A DNA stretch of 54,675 bases from positions 1 through 54,675 of the IMG/VR virus record IMGVR_UViG_3300012348_000137; one strand, given 5' to 3'. The position numbers were made by a program, and so were the translations under genes. Under the pieces are notes generated by a model. That model was not told the origin of the DNA, made no database searches, and saw only the letters and a program-made list of their open reading frames with translations. The DNA comes from a virus. Its lineage: Duplodnaviria; Caudoviricetes. This document shows positions 29,715 to 39,921 of this stretch, piece after piece. How positions within the stretch are numbered: position 1 is the stretch's first letter; every line of letters starts with the position of its first letter.

Positions 29715-30922
29715 TAGAACGTGCCGCCGTTCACGTTGCCAGACTGGGCCGGCCCCAGCGTCGACCACACCGTCGCGGCGTTGGGGGCGGTGAAGATGGC
29801 CGTGCCGACGGCCGTGCCGCCCAGATTGATCAAGGCAGAGCCGGCCGACGTGGCACCGGTGCCGCCGTCGGAAACGGACACGGGAACGGCGATGCCGCCA
29901 GTCTCGGCGTCAACCACGCTGTTGCCGTCGCAGTACAGGATGGCTCGAGCGCCGCGAGCGACGTTGATGCCCGGCGACTGGGTGTTGGTCTTGACGCGCA
30001 GGGTGAACGTGCCGCCCGTCGTGTTGTTGTAGACCCAATACTGCTGCGTCGTCTTAGGCACGACGATCTCGATGTTGCCAGTGATCGTGCCTGTGAACTG
30101 GTAGGCGATGCGGTTCAGCTCCGCGCCCGTTAGGGTGTAGTCGCCGCTCAGGCCGCCGACGTTGACCGACGTGTAGTCGAAGGCGAACACGGCGCTCTGG
30201 CCGAGACCCAGCGTGTACCACGACACGCCGTCCGTCACGACGGTCGCGCTGTCACCCGGCGAGAGCGTCAGGTTCAGGTCGCTGTTGATTGTGTCGAGGC
30301 CCTGCGGCGTGACAACGAGGTTGCCAGTGCCCTCGTTGCGCACGGCCACGAACCAGTTGTCGCCGGCGTCGGAGGCCGGCGGCAAGGTGAAGGTGCCGAG
30401 GCCGCCAGTCCACACGTACATGCGGGCGCGGTCGGGGGCGGCCGATATGTAGTTGGCGTTGAAGAGCGTCACAGGCGAGGATTGCGACAGCGTCGATCCG
30501 GTGGCGGTCAGACCGAAGCCGGCGAGCGCCGAGGCCTGCGCCTGCGCGGTGGAGGCACCGTAGCGGAACGTGCGCCACACGCCGGCCGCCGTGCTGTTGT
30601 CGGTCAGGTAGATCTGCCACTGCTCGCCCTGCGCAATGGACAAGAGCGTGGCACCGACGCTGTTCTTGACGGTGACGGTGGACGGGCCGAGGTTGTTGAA
30701 CAGGATCGTCTGGCCGGTGCCGGTCTCGTCGGCGGGCGGCATGACGATGTCGTACGCGCCGGTCGGCGTGATGTCGATGATGCGCGCGGCCGGCTTGGTC
30801 GTGTCGCTGCTCTCCATCGGCCACTCGAGCGTGATGTTCGCCGTGAGCGCCAGAGGCAGGTAGGACACGTCCGACGGGTAGATGGTGTTGCCACCAAAGA
30901 CTTGCGTATAGCTGTTGGTCAC
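29714..30922 (-). CDS. virion structural/tail protein
   Basis: Beta-rich S/T/G composition; DGGTGATSA fibre motif; ends in GGTF. Confidence 0.65.
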   Translation of the reverse strand: MTNSYTQVFGGNTIYPSDVSYLPLALTANITLEWPMESSDTTKPAARIIDITPTGAYDIVMPPADETGTGQTILFNNLGPSTVTVKNSVGATLLSIAQGEQWQIYLTDNSTAAGVWRTFRYGASTAQAQASALAGFGLTATGSTLSQSSPVTLFNANYISAAPDRARMYVWTGGLGTFTLPPASDAGDNWFVAVRNEGTGNLVVTPQGLDTINSDLNLTLSPGDSATVVTDGVSWYTLGLGQSAVFAFDYTSVNVGGLSGDYTLTGAELNRIAYQFTGTITGNIEIVVPKTTQQYWVYNNTTGGTFTLRVKTNTQSPGINVARGARAILYCDGNSVVDAETGGIAVPVSVSDGGTGATSAGSALINLGGTAVGTAIFTAPNAATVWSTLGPAQSGNVNGGTF

Positions 30923-31576
30923 TTATGCCTCCTTGCGCACGGACGAGCGGTCGAGAACCTTGGCCAAGTCCTCGCCGTTCAGCATGGCAGCGGCACGGTC
31001 GTACATGCCCTGCCAGACGGGCATGCGCTCGTCGTTCTTCAGGAACGGGGTCGCCTCCAGCAGCGTGCCGTACAGCAGCAGCTGTGGGGCGTATTCGGTC
31101 AGCCAGTTGGTCTGGATGGTGTCATCGAGCAGCGGCGGCAGTTCGTAATACAGGATCTCGAACGGATAGTCCGCGTCTGGCGTCGGCGCGATCAGCCAGT
31201 GCGTGTAGTCGTAGTCCGAGTAGAAGATGGGCTGTTCGGTCTGCGTCCGGTCGGGCCAGTAGCTGAGCAGGTACTCGTACGCGCGCGTGAACAGCACCTT
31301 GCGCGTGTTGCTCTGGTTGCCGGTGCCGATGTTGATCGACACGGTGTCGCGCCAGCGGTCGGGCTTGGGATAGACCGAAACGCCACTCTGTAGCGTGCCG
31401 GTGACGACGTTGATGAAGCCTTGGATCTTGAGCTCGCGCGCGATGCGGCGCTCGGCCAGATTGATCAGGCGGGGAATCTGCTCGAATACGACGGGGTCAG
31501 CCGCATACGACGTCCCGCGCTCGAGGTAGCGCCGCACGTCCTGCTGGAGCGTCGTGAAGGTCATCGTCGTGGCCAT
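30923..31576 (-). CDS. head-tail adaptor protein
   Basis: FTTLQQDVRRYLER..IP..INLAERRI; APTPD..Y; NWL..AP.LLLYGTL.EA. Confidence 0.75.
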   Translation of the reverse strand: MATTMTFTTLQQDVRRYLERGTSYAADPVVFEQIPRLINLAERRIARELKIQGFINVVTGTLQSGVSVYPKPDRWRDTVSINIGTGNQSNTRKVLFTRAYEYLLSYWPDRTQTEQPIFYSDYDYTHWLIAPTPDADYPFEILYYELPPLLDDTIQTNWLTEYAPQLLLYGTLLEATPFLKNDERMPVWQGMYDRAAAMLNGEDLAKVLDRSSVRKEA

Positions 31577-31627
31577 GACGTCTCCTTATACCACAATCGG
31601 CTGGATTGCACAGCGACAACGCCGCCT

Positions 31628-31933
31628 TCAGCCCAGCCCTAGAGCTTTGCCCACCAACACTGCGCCGGCGCCGGCCAACGCGACGAGACCCCGGTCCACC
31701 CACTTCGCCACCTCGGTGTGCGTAGGGGCCGCCTGCTCGAGCACAGTCAGCCTGTCCTCGAGCTTGCTGATAGCCTTGAACGCCCTCTCGAGCGCCGCCG
31801 CGATCTGGCCCTGCTGCTGCTCGACCAGCGCCAGCTTGGTGATGGCGTCGGACAGGCGGTCGAGGGCCGACTTGATGTCGGAGACGTCTGTGTGCAGCGC
31901 CTCGAGCTTTACGGTGAGGATCTCCGGGCTCAT
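31628..31933 (-). CDS. coiled-coil protein with C-terminal TM (XhlA/holin-like)
   Basis: Heptad pattern, then GLVALAGAGAVLVG. Confidence 0.55.
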   Translation of the reverse strand: MSPEILTVKLEALHTDVSDIKSALDRLSDAITKLALVEQQQGQIAAALERAFKAISKLEDRLTVLEQAAPTHTEVAKWVDRGLVALAGAGAVLVGKALGLG

Positions 31934-31937
31934 GGCG

Positions 31938-32291
31938 TCACTTGAGGTTTTCGAGCTTGTAGATCGTCGAGAGGTAGACGGCCGTGACGTTGTCGAGGAG
32001 ATTGGCGAGCGCACGGTTCCCTCCGCAGATGTTCTCGTGGTTGGTTTCGATCCACTCGGCGTCCGCCTTGAGGGTCTTCAGGCAGTCGCTCTTGGTGTCG
32101 GTGGGTGACGGGATGTTGCCGATGATGCCGTTGACGGCCTGATGCGACTCGACGAGCGCGTCCAGCGCCTCGATGATGCCGTCGTAGAACTTGCCCAGCG
32201 CCTTGTGCTGGGCGTAGCTCTTCGTGCGCCAGTGCTCGAAGTGCGCGAGGTTGCGGGCATAGAAGACCCGGCTGATCAGCTGCTCGATCAT
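31938..32291 (-). CDS. ferritin/Dps-like protein (DUF5856-like)
   Basis: AHFEHWRTKSYAQHKALGKFYD...DALVE; final Y.L..L. Confidence 0.75.
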   Translation of the reverse strand: MIEQLISRVFYARNLAHFEHWRTKSYAQHKALGKFYDGIIEALDALVESHQAVNGIIGNIPSPTDTKSDCLKTLKADAEWIETNHENICGGNRALANLLDNVTAVYLSTIYKLENLK

Positions 32292-32301
32292 GCGTTACCC
32301 C

Positions 32302-34839
32302 TTACCACGTCGCAATCGCCACGCGTTTCCACGTGTTGGTCGCAGTGCAGATGTAGATGTAGTTGGCGTCGGCACGGATTTCTCCGGCTTGTCCAGAGGC
32401 TGATGCGCTGGCAGGGGCAGTTGTTGGAATGTTCAACCTAGTCCCAAAAGAACCGGTCGTGAACAAGCCGCTCGTCGCAAATATAAATGAAGTGCTTAAT
32501 CCTGAAGAGGAGGCACTAAACGACGTGCTGCCACCCACGACAAATACCATGTCGCTATTGCTGGTGCGGTAATAAAGTCCAGTGGTAGGGTAGTTGGTGA
32601 AATATAGGGATGGGCTTCCACCGGGGCCGGTGTCACTCAGCCCAAACGTGCCGCCCAGCGCCTGCGACACCCACGCGGTGCCGTTCGAGGTAAGGACGTT
32701 GCCCGACGTGCCCGGCGATGTGAGGCCGGTGCCGCCGTTGGCCGGCGACAGCGCAGTCCCCGACCAATTGGAGTTGTTAATGCTGCTGAGCGTCGCAAGC
32801 GTGCCCAGCCCGAGGTTGGTGCGCGCGCCGGCGGCCGTCGTGCTGCCAGTGCCGCCGTTGGCGATAGCGAGCGTCCCAGAGAGCGTCAGCGTCCCGGTCG
32901 AGGTGACAGGGCCGCCGCCGAATGTGAGACCGGTCGTCCCGCCGCTCGCGTTGACGGACGTGACGGTGCCGCTCACCGTGCTGGTCACGGTGAACGTCGG
33001 ATATGTGCCGCTGACCGCGATGCCCGTGCCGGCGAGGAGCGTGACGGTCTGATCCGGCGCACTGTTGGTGACGGTGACCGACCCTGCGCCGTTTGTGATT
33101 GAGATCCCGGTGCCCGCCGTCAGGTTAGCGGAGGTGTACCCGGTGCCGTTGCCAATGAGTAGGCGCCCGTTGGTGGGTGTCGTGGTGACGCCCGTCCCGC
33201 CATTGGCGACGCCCAGCGTGCCGGACAGCGTTAGCGTGCCGCTCGAGGTGATCGGTGAGCCGGTGAACGACAGGCCAGTCGTACCACCGCTGGCGGCCAC
33301 AGAGGTGACGGTGCCCGACGCGGCTGAGATCCACTCGACGTCGGTGCTGCCGCTGTTGACGGCGAGGACGCGGCCGTTGTTGCCGGTGTAGCTGGGCAGC
33401 AGGCTTGTGCGCGCGCCAGAGGCGGTCGCAGCGCCTGTACCGCCATTGGCCACCGCCAGCGTGCCGCTGAGCGTCAGCGTGCCGCTTGTGGTGATTGGCG
33501 ATCCGCTAAAGGTCAGGCCGGTCGTGCCACCCGACGCGGCAACGCTCGTGACGGTGCCGCCACTGGCAGTCGAAGCGACGGTGAAGTTCGGGTATGTGCC
33601 GGTGACGGTGATGCCGCTGCCGGCCGTGAGCGACACGGTCTGATCCGGGGCGGTGTTGGCGATGGTGATGGTGCCACTGCCGTTCGTGACAGAGACGCCC
33701 GTGCTCGCAGTGAGCCCGGCGAGGGCGTAGCCGCTGCCGTTGCCAATCAGCAGCTGCCCGTTGGTGGGCGTGGCCGTCAGGCCGGTGCCGCCGTTGGCCG
33801 GGATCAGCGTGCCAGCCAATGTGATCGTGCCGGACGAAGTGACCGGGCCGCCCGTTGCCGTCAGGCCGGTTGTGCCGCCGCTAACGTCGACCGAGATGAC
33901 GGTGCCCGTGCCGGTGCCCACGCCGATGGCGGTGCGGAAGTCGGCCGCATTGAGCGCGCTCACGCTGTTGTCCGCATTGATGCGCGGGAAGGTGATGGCG
34001 CTGGGGTTGGCGAGGGTGAAGAAACCGTCGCCGACCGTCGTGGATCCAAGGCTGGTGCGGGCACCGGACGCCGTTGTGGAGCCAGTGCCGCCGCGCGCCA
34101 CGGTGAGCGTGCCGGTCGTGCCGGCCACAATCGGCAGGCCGGTGGCGTTGGTGAGCGTGGCGGCCGATGGCGTGCCGAGATCCGGGGTGACCAGCGCCGG
34201 GCTGGTGGACAGGACGACGCTGCCCGTGCCGGTCGAGGTGGTCACGCCGGTGCCACCGTTCGCCACGGCGAGCGTGCCGGTGAGCGTCAGGGTGCCGCTC
34301 GAGGTGATGGGGCTGCCGGTGAAGGAGAGGCCGGTCGTGCCGCCAGAGGCAGCAACGGACGTAACGGAGCCGCCGCCTGTGCCAGCGCCGATGGCTGTGC
34401 GGAATGTGGCGGCGTCCAGCGCGCTGACCGTGTTGTCCGCATTGAAGCGCGGGAAGGTGACGGCGCTCGGGTTGGTGAGCGTGAACAGGTTGGCGCCGAT
34501 CGTGGTCGCGCCGAGGTTGGTGCGGGCCACGCTGGCGGACGTTGCGCCCGTGCCACCATTGGCGACAGCCAGCGTACCGGACAGCGTGAGGGTGCCGCTC
34601 GAGGTCACCGGGCCGCCGGTGAAGGACAGGCCGGTTGTGCCGCCGGACGCGTTGACGGACGTCACGGTGCCGTTGGCGCGGTCGATGGACACGACGGCGC
34701 CCGAGGCGTTCTTGAAGTAGAGCTTCTCGTCGGCGGTGTTGAGCGCCAGTTCGCCGTCTGCCAGATTGCCAGCAGTGGGCGCCACGCCGGGCGACGCGCT
34801 GCGGTAGTGCTGGATCGGCGTGAAACCGGTCTGAGCCAT
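32302..34839 (-). CDS. tail fibre with GTVTSV/ANGGTG repeats
   Basis: N-terminal GELALNTADEKLYFK; five GTVTSV/GSVTSV-type and one GTVISV repeat; C-terminal YIYICTATNTWKR. Confidence 0.85.
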   Translation of the reverse strand: MAQTGFTPIQHYRSASPGVAPTAGNLADGELALNTADEKLYFKNASGAVVSIDRANGTVTSVNASGGTTGLSFTGGPVTSSGTLTLSGTLAVANGGTGATSASVARTNLGATTIGANLFTLTNPSAVTFPRFNADNTVSALDAATFRTAIGAGTGGGSVTSVAASGGTTGLSFTGSPITSSGTLTLTGTLAVANGGTGVTTSTGTGSVVLSTSPALVTPDLGTPSAATLTNATGLPIVAGTTGTLTVARGGTGSTTASGARTSLGSTTVGDGFFTLANPSAITFPRINADNSVSALNAADFRTAIGVGTGTGTVISVDVSGGTTGLTATGGPVTSSGTITLAGTLIPANGGTGLTATPTNGQLLIGNGSGYALAGLTASTGVSVTNGSGTITIANTAPDQTVSLTAGSGITVTGTYPNFTVASTASGGTVTSVAASGGTTGLTFSGSPITTSGTLTLSGTLAVANGGTGAATASGARTSLLPSYTGNNGRVLAVNSGSTDVEWISAASGTVTSVAASGGTTGLSFTGSPITSSGTLTLSGTLGVANGGTGVTTTPTNGRLLIGNGTGYTSANLTAGTGISITNGAGSVTVTNSAPDQTVTLLAGTGIAVSGTYPTFTVTSTVSGTVTSVNASGGTTGLTFGGGPVTSTGTLTLSGTLAIANGGTGSTTAAGARTNLGLGTLATLSSINNSNWSGTALSPANGGTGLTSPGTSGNVLTSNGTAWVSQALGGTFGLSDTGPGGSPSLYFTNYPTTGLYYRTSNSDMVFVVGGSTSFSASSSGLSTSFIFATSGLFTTGSFGTRLNIPTTAPASASASGQAGEIRADANYIYICTATNTWKRVAIATW

Positions 34840-34909
34840 TAGATCGTGCCTCCGTTAGCGCAACGCACCATAGCCGAAGGCGGGCGCGGCGGCAATGATT
34901 GTGCGGCGC

Positions 34910-35281
34910 TCACGGCTGCTCGGGCCACTGCACGAACGTCGGGAAGGTGGGCTGCTCGGTGATGTCGCGCAGGGCTTGGCGGTACGCCGCCCACGCGTCG
35001 CGGTCGACGGGGGCGTCGGCTACCTGTGTCCAGTCGCAGGCCGCGAGGCGCGCGTTGCGATCTTCACGGATCGACGCGGCAAGCCCGTCCATGTCAGGGC
35101 CAGCCATGAAGGGCGGCGGCTCTGCGGCGCGCGGATGCCACACGCCGGCCACCCACTCGTGCGGGCCATCGCCGGGAGGCGGCGTGTACGTCCAGTTTGG
35201 CCCGACGCCCTTGCGCGGGTCGATCTGCTTGGACTGGCCGATATGGCCGTTGGGCTTGATTTCATAGACTGTAATCATCAT
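34910..35281 (-). CDS. tail fibre assembly chaperone
   Basis: R..RNARLAACDWTQ..DAP..WAAYRQALRDIT.Q..FP..VQWP; ATGA-coupled to the fibre gene. Confidence 0.85.
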   Translation of the reverse strand: MMITVYEIKPNGHIGQSKQIDPRKGVGPNWTYTPPPGDGPHEWVAGVWHPRAAEPPPFMAGPDMDGLAASIREDRNARLAACDWTQVADAPVDRDAWAAYRQALRDITEQPTFPTFVQWPEQP

Positions 35282-38200
35282 GGCCCCGCATAGATGTAGG
35301 CGATCTGACCGCCACCCGCAGACTGCGGCGGCACCCAGAAGGTCGTGCCAGTGTCGTACGAGTAGAGCGGGCACTCAGCAATGAGGAAGGGCAGCGCCGC
35401 AGTCGCGCCGTTCATGGCGAACATGAGCGTGCTGCCCCTGACAGGGTACTCTTTGCCCGTCTGCACTACTGTAGAGGGTAAAAGTCGCCCAGCGGGGACT
35501 GCGAAGGTGAACTGCGGAGCGCTATTCACTTGCGACAAAATCCGGTTAGTCGCCGTGGCAACATTATAAACCAACTTGCTGTTGTGTACGTAAAAACTGT
35601 TGCTCTGAGTAAGCCCGCTAGACAGCGTAACCTGCTTGTCGAGGTCGTCGGTGACGTAGGTGTTTATCAGCCAAACGCCGCTAGAGTAGCCCATGTTGGG
35701 AATCCCAAACGGTGTCGACGCAAAAACGTTCCATGTCACGCCCCCGTCAGAAGAGCGGATAATGCCGGCGGGAGAAGCGACAGATGACAGCAACGTAGTA
35801 CCGTCTGAGGCCATGGAAGCGTTCCCAGAAAAGCCACCGTAGGGCAGTAGGCGCGGCGTCCACGTGATGCCGTCGGGAGACGTGTACGCGCCGCCACTGA
35901 GGCCAGCGCTGGCAATCACAACGGAGCTAACCCCAAAAATGAAATTGCCGCTGGCATACACGCAGTCGGTTACCCCCACCGTGATCGACGATGTCGACGT
36001 CGGGTTAAAGAGGTCGGCGGACTTGGTCCACGTCGTACCGTCCGTCGACTTGAAAACAGCAGACGCCGTAGCGCCACTCGCTGCTGCGAGGACGATCCAT
36101 GCCGACCCGCTGTAGGCCACGCCTCTCGGGAAGTTGGCAGCCGGTATCTGCCTCACTGCCGAGAAGGTAATACCATCGGACGACTGGAACATGCCGTTCG
36201 CAGTCAAGGCGTAATACATACCACCGATCTTCTGAAGACGGCTTACGGTCGTAACAACGTACTGAACCTCATCGGAAGCGCGCCATGTCAGGCCGTCGGT
36301 CGACGTCTGAATCCAGCCCGAAGCGCCGACTGAGATGAACTTGCCGCCGATATACGAGGTGCGGCGAGTGCTACCGCTTGGCGCGGCTTCGAAGACGCGC
36401 GTCCACGTGATCCCATCGGTAGACGTCCACGCGCTGGTGTTCGTCGTATTGGTGACGATGAAGCGAGTACCGCTCCAAGCAACGCTCATCAGCGTCACGG
36501 AAGTGTCGCCCGGCGTGCGCGCCGTCCACGTCGTGCCATCTGGCGATGTGGTGATAACGCCACTGGCCCCAACCGCGCAGAAGATGCTGCCGTTCCAGAC
36601 GACGTCGTTGAGGGCCCCTGCGACGTTGCTGGTGCGGAGTGTCCACGTGACACCGTCGGCAGACGTGTAAATGACGCCGCTATTGCCGACCGCGACGAAA
36701 AGGCTGTTGTCGTAGATGATTCGGTTGAACTGCGTGGAACCAGCCGAGCGGCTTGTCCAAGTGACGCCATCTGGCGATGAATAGACAGTGCCCGCGTTGC
36801 CCACCGCGACGAACAGGCTGTTGGCGAATATGACGTCGTTGAAAGTTTGCGCGCCAGCCGACCGCGAAGTCCATGTAGCCAAGTCGGCGCTGGAAAACAC
36901 CGCGCCGGAAGCGCCGGCCACGACATACGTCGATGCGCCGAAGGCGGCGGCGTTAAAAATCGCCGTACCCGCCGTGCGGGCCGTCCACGTGACACCATCG
37001 GCAGATGTGACGAGGTTGGTGCCGGAGCCGCTTGAGCCGATACCGATATAGTTACCATTAAGGTAGAAAACGCCATTGGTAGTAAGATTGATGCCAGACC
37101 AGCGGCCAGTCCACGAATTGCCGTCCGCCGACGTGAACAACCAGCCGTTGTCCCCACCAACAACATACTGGTTAGAGCCGTTGTACGCGACAGAGCGGGG
37201 GTTGGGGGCGCTCGTCGTGCTAACCGCGTAAGGCCAAGTGCCGCTGAGGAACGGCACCGTGCGTGAAGCGCCCGCGAGCACAACAGATGCGGTGTTGCCG
37301 AAGGCGACTGTCTTGCCGTTGATAACCTCAACTTGGAAAAAGTTGGCCAGAGATTGGTCTAGCGCGGGCGTCCACGTAACGCCGTCAATCGAGGTGAAAT
37401 AGCTGCCCGTTTCTCCGACCACAACGAAGTTTGAGCCGTTCCATGCCACGCCATAAAGGAAACGTGAGCCGGCACCACTAGTCTGGGCTGTCCACGTGAT
37501 ACCGTCGGCGGACGTGCGGATCACCCCTGAGTTGCCGACTGCAACAAACAGGCTGTTGGCGTAAATGATCTGGTTGAACGTGCTTGCTCCCGCCGAACGG
37601 CTCGTCCAAGTGACGCCATCCGGCGACGTGGAGATGACGCCGTTTGCCCCATAAGCTACGTACAGCCCGTTAGCGTAAATGACGTCGGTATACGTGCCGG
37701 CGGGGATCGTGCGGCTCGTCCACGTAATGCCGTCCGAGGACGTGAAGCATGAGCTGATGCCGACTGCGACAAACAGGCTATTGGCGAAGATCAGACGGTT
37801 GATGGTGTTCGCCGTGCTCGGGAAGCTGCCCTGCGTCCAGTTTATGAGATCGGTCGAATATGCCACGCCGCTCGCGGAAAAGCCATTAATCGCGACATAC
37901 CTCCCGCTACCATAGGCAACGGAGACCGGGTTGTTGGTGTTGGTTGGCGTGCCCGTGTATGTCGTCGTCCAATTCAAACCGTCGGTCGAGTAGATCAGGA
38001 CGACGCCGTTACTGCCCGGACCGCCGACAGGCGAAGCGATGAATGTGCTGTTCAGGTAGCGCACTTCGCGGATGTTGGTAGTCCACGGGCTGATGACCGG
38101 CATCCAGTTGACGCCGTCAGTCGTCTTGCGGAGCGCGCCGCCGGTGCCGCCCAGAACCGTTGTCGTACCGTCAGTCGCGGTGACGTAACGCGCCCCCGGC

Positions 38201-39618
38201 GCGGCCAAAGTGCTGAACGCAATCGGCAACTGCGCCTGCGGCTCTACCACGGGCGCCCCGATGTCAGGCACGTCACCCACGACCGAGGCCAGCGACGAGT
38301 ATGTCGCCTTGCTGTAGTAGCTGCCGGTCTCCAGCCATGTGCCGGTCGAAGGCGGATCCGTTGCCACGACAATCTGACCGACCTCATAGGACGCGCCGCC
38401 GCCGCCGCCGGTTGCGGCAATCGTGATGGCACCGTCGCCGTTCGTGATGGTGACATTGCTGCCGGCCGTCAGCGTGGCCTTGGCCAGCGTGCCGTCCGTT
38501 TTGCCAATCAGCAGCTGGCCGCCCGTGTAGCTGGTCTGGCCGGTGCCGCCGTTGGCCGTGGCAAGAGTGCCGGCGAGCGTGATCGTGCCGGCAGTCGTGA
38601 CGGGGCCGCCAGACGTCGTCAGCCCGGTTGTGCCGCCGCTGACGTTGACCGAGGTCACCGTGCCGCTCCCGGCGCTCGGAGAGATCCACTCGACGCCCGT
38701 TGCGCCGCCGTTGACGGCGAGGATCTTGCCGGCGTTGCCGCCGTAGCTGGGCAGCAGGTTCGCCAACGCGGCCGCAGCCGTCGTGGCACCGGTGCCGCCG
38801 CTGGTGATGCCCAGCGTGCCGCTCAGCGTGTAATTACTGCCGACGAAGCCCATGGTCAGGCCGCTCAGCGACGTCGAGATCGTGTGCCACGTGGGCGCGC
38901 CGGCACCGTTGCCGAACAAGGCCTGCCCGGTCGAGCCGAGGGTCGTCAGGTCAAACTTGCTGCCGTCGCTGTAGACGAGGGCACCGGCGACAGGGCTTAG
39001 GCTGCCGCCGGTGCCGCCACGAGACATGGGGAGCACGCCAGAGGTCTCAGTGGTATCGGACAGATCCACTGCCGGGTGGACGTGATCTTCGCGAGCCGCA
39101 ATCGTGCCGCTGCCCGCGCTCGGCACGCCGCCGGGCTGCGGTGCCGCGCTCGACAGGGTCAGAGAGATGGTGCGGTCGGCCGCCAGCGTGCCGCCGCCGC
39201 TCAGCCCGGTGCCGGCCAAGATGCTGCGGCTGGTCGGCACATAGGCCGACAGGTCAATCGGCGTGGTTGAGGCGATGGTGACGCGCCCCTTCACGTCGAC
39301 GGTCAGAACCGGGATATTCGCCGAATTGCCGTAGGTGCCTGCGGCCACACCGCTATCAGCAAGTTGACCAAAGCCAACACCGCCAGCAGCAATAGAAATG
39401 ACCCGATCAGCAGAAAGGTCGCCGCCGCCAGTGAGGCCGCTGCCGCCAGTGATCGTGCGCGACGACGGCACAGCGCCCACAGCCGCGATGTTGCTGAACT
39501 GAACCTTGTAGGTGATGCCGTCGATGACATAGGGCAGGTATCCAGCCGTGCTGGCACCCTGATACTCAGGGAGCTGGGTGATGCGGGTCGGGATCAGGTT
39601 GCTGGGTACGGTGGTCAT
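35278..39618 (-). CDS. large tail fibre with BNR/Asp-box beta-propeller array
   Basis: About 20 S.DG.TWT.R repeats; N-terminal fibre shaft repeats. Confidence 0.85.
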   Translation of the reverse strand: MTTVPSNLIPTRITQLPEYQGASTAGYLPYVIDGITYKVQFSNIAAVGAVPSSRTITGGSGLTGGGDLSADRVISIAAGGVGFGQLADSGVAAGTYGNSANIPVLTVDVKGRVTIASTTPIDLSAYVPTSRSILAGTGLSGGGTLAADRTISLTLSSAAPQPGGVPSAGSGTIAAREDHVHPAVDLSDTTETSGVLPMSRGGTGGSLSPVAGALVYSDGSKFDLTTLGSTGQALFGNGAGAPTWHTISTSLSGLTMGFVGSNYTLSGTLGITSGGTGATTAAAALANLLPSYGGNAGKILAVNGGATGVEWISPSAGSGTVTSVNVSGGTTGLTTSGGPVTTAGTITLAGTLATANGGTGQTSYTGGQLLIGKTDGTLAKATLTAGSNVTITNGDGAITIAATGGGGGASYEVGQIVVATDPPSTGTWLETGSYYSKATYSSLASVVGDVPDIGAPVVEPQAQLPIAFSTLAAPGARYVTATDGTTTVLGGTGGALRKTTDGVNWMPVISPWTTNIREVRYLNSTFIASPVGGPGSNGVVLIYSTDGLNWTTTYTGTPTNTNNPVSVAYGSGRYVAINGFSASGVAYSTDLINWTQGSFPSTANTINRLIFANSLFVAVGISSCFTSSDGITWTSRTIPAGTYTDVIYANGLYVAYGANGVISTSPDGVTWTSRSAGASTFNQIIYANSLFVAVGNSGVIRTSADGITWTAQTSGAGSRFLYGVAWNGSNFVVVGETGSYFTSIDGVTWTPALDQSLANFFQVEVINGKTVAFGNTASVVLAGASRTVPFLSGTWPYAVSTTSAPNPRSVAYNGSNQYVVGGDNGWLFTSADGNSWTGRWSGINLTTNGVFYLNGNYIGIGSSGSGTNLVTSADGVTWTARTAGTAIFNAAAFGASTYVVAGASGAVFSSADLATWTSRSAGAQTFNDVIFANSLFVAVGNAGTVYSSPDGVTWTSRSAGSTQFNRIIYDNSLFVAVGNSGVIYTSADGVTWTLRTSNVAGALNDVVWNGSIFCAVGASGVITTSPDGTTWTARTPGDTSVTLMSVAWSGTRFIVTNTTNTSAWTSTDGITWTRVFEAAPSGSTRRTSYIGGKFISVGASGWIQTSTDGLTWRASDEVQYVVTTVSRLQKIGGMYYALTANGMFQSSDGITFSAVRQIPAANFPRGVAYSGSAWIVLAAASGATASAVFKSTDGTTWTKSADLFNPTSTSSITVGVTDCVYASGNFIFGVSSVVIASAGLSGGAYTSPDGITWTPRLLPYGGFSGNASMASDGTTLLSSVASPAGIIRSSDGGVTWNVFASTPFGIPNMGYSSGVWLINTYVTDDLDKQVTLSSGLTQSNSFYVHNSKLVYNVATATNRILSQVNSAPQFTFAVPAGRLLPSTVVQTGKEYPVRGSTLMFAMNGATAALPFLIAECPLYSYDTGTTFWVPPQSAGGGQIAYIYAGP

Positions 39619-39921
39619 TTATGGCTCCAGATACTCGTCGCTGCCTTCGTTGATCAGGAACTGGTCGCCGTTCTCGGCAATCGTCCCCGCCGGGTCGGTC
39701 GCGATGGATGTGTCAGGCCGGGCAAAGCGCAATGCGATCTTCTCGGGCTGGCGGGCCGGCAGGCGGTACGGGTCGTAGTCGTCCATATCCGCCCTGCAGA
39801 CCTTCAGGCCGGGGTAGTTCGGGTCGCTGTACAGTTCGTCGAGGCTGAACTTGCGACTGCACCGGCCACAGATGCCGATGGCCAGCGTGCTCTTGCCTCG
39901 CGTGTCGAGGTAGACGCTCAC
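39619..39921 (-). CDS. small virion-module protein with CxxC
   Basis: GICGRCSRKF..L..VC..D.D.YDP; coupled. Confidence 0.7.
   Translation of the reverse strand: MSVYLDTRGKSTLAIGICGRCSRKFSLDELYSDPNYPGLKVCRADMDDYDPYRLPARQPEKIALRFARPDTSIATDPAGTIAENGDQFLINEGSDEYLEP

Noticed and set aside
34700-34839. Diversity-generating retroelement suggested by an Mtd-like fibre N-terminus
   Set aside because: No reverse transcriptase and no TR/VR pair differing at adenines
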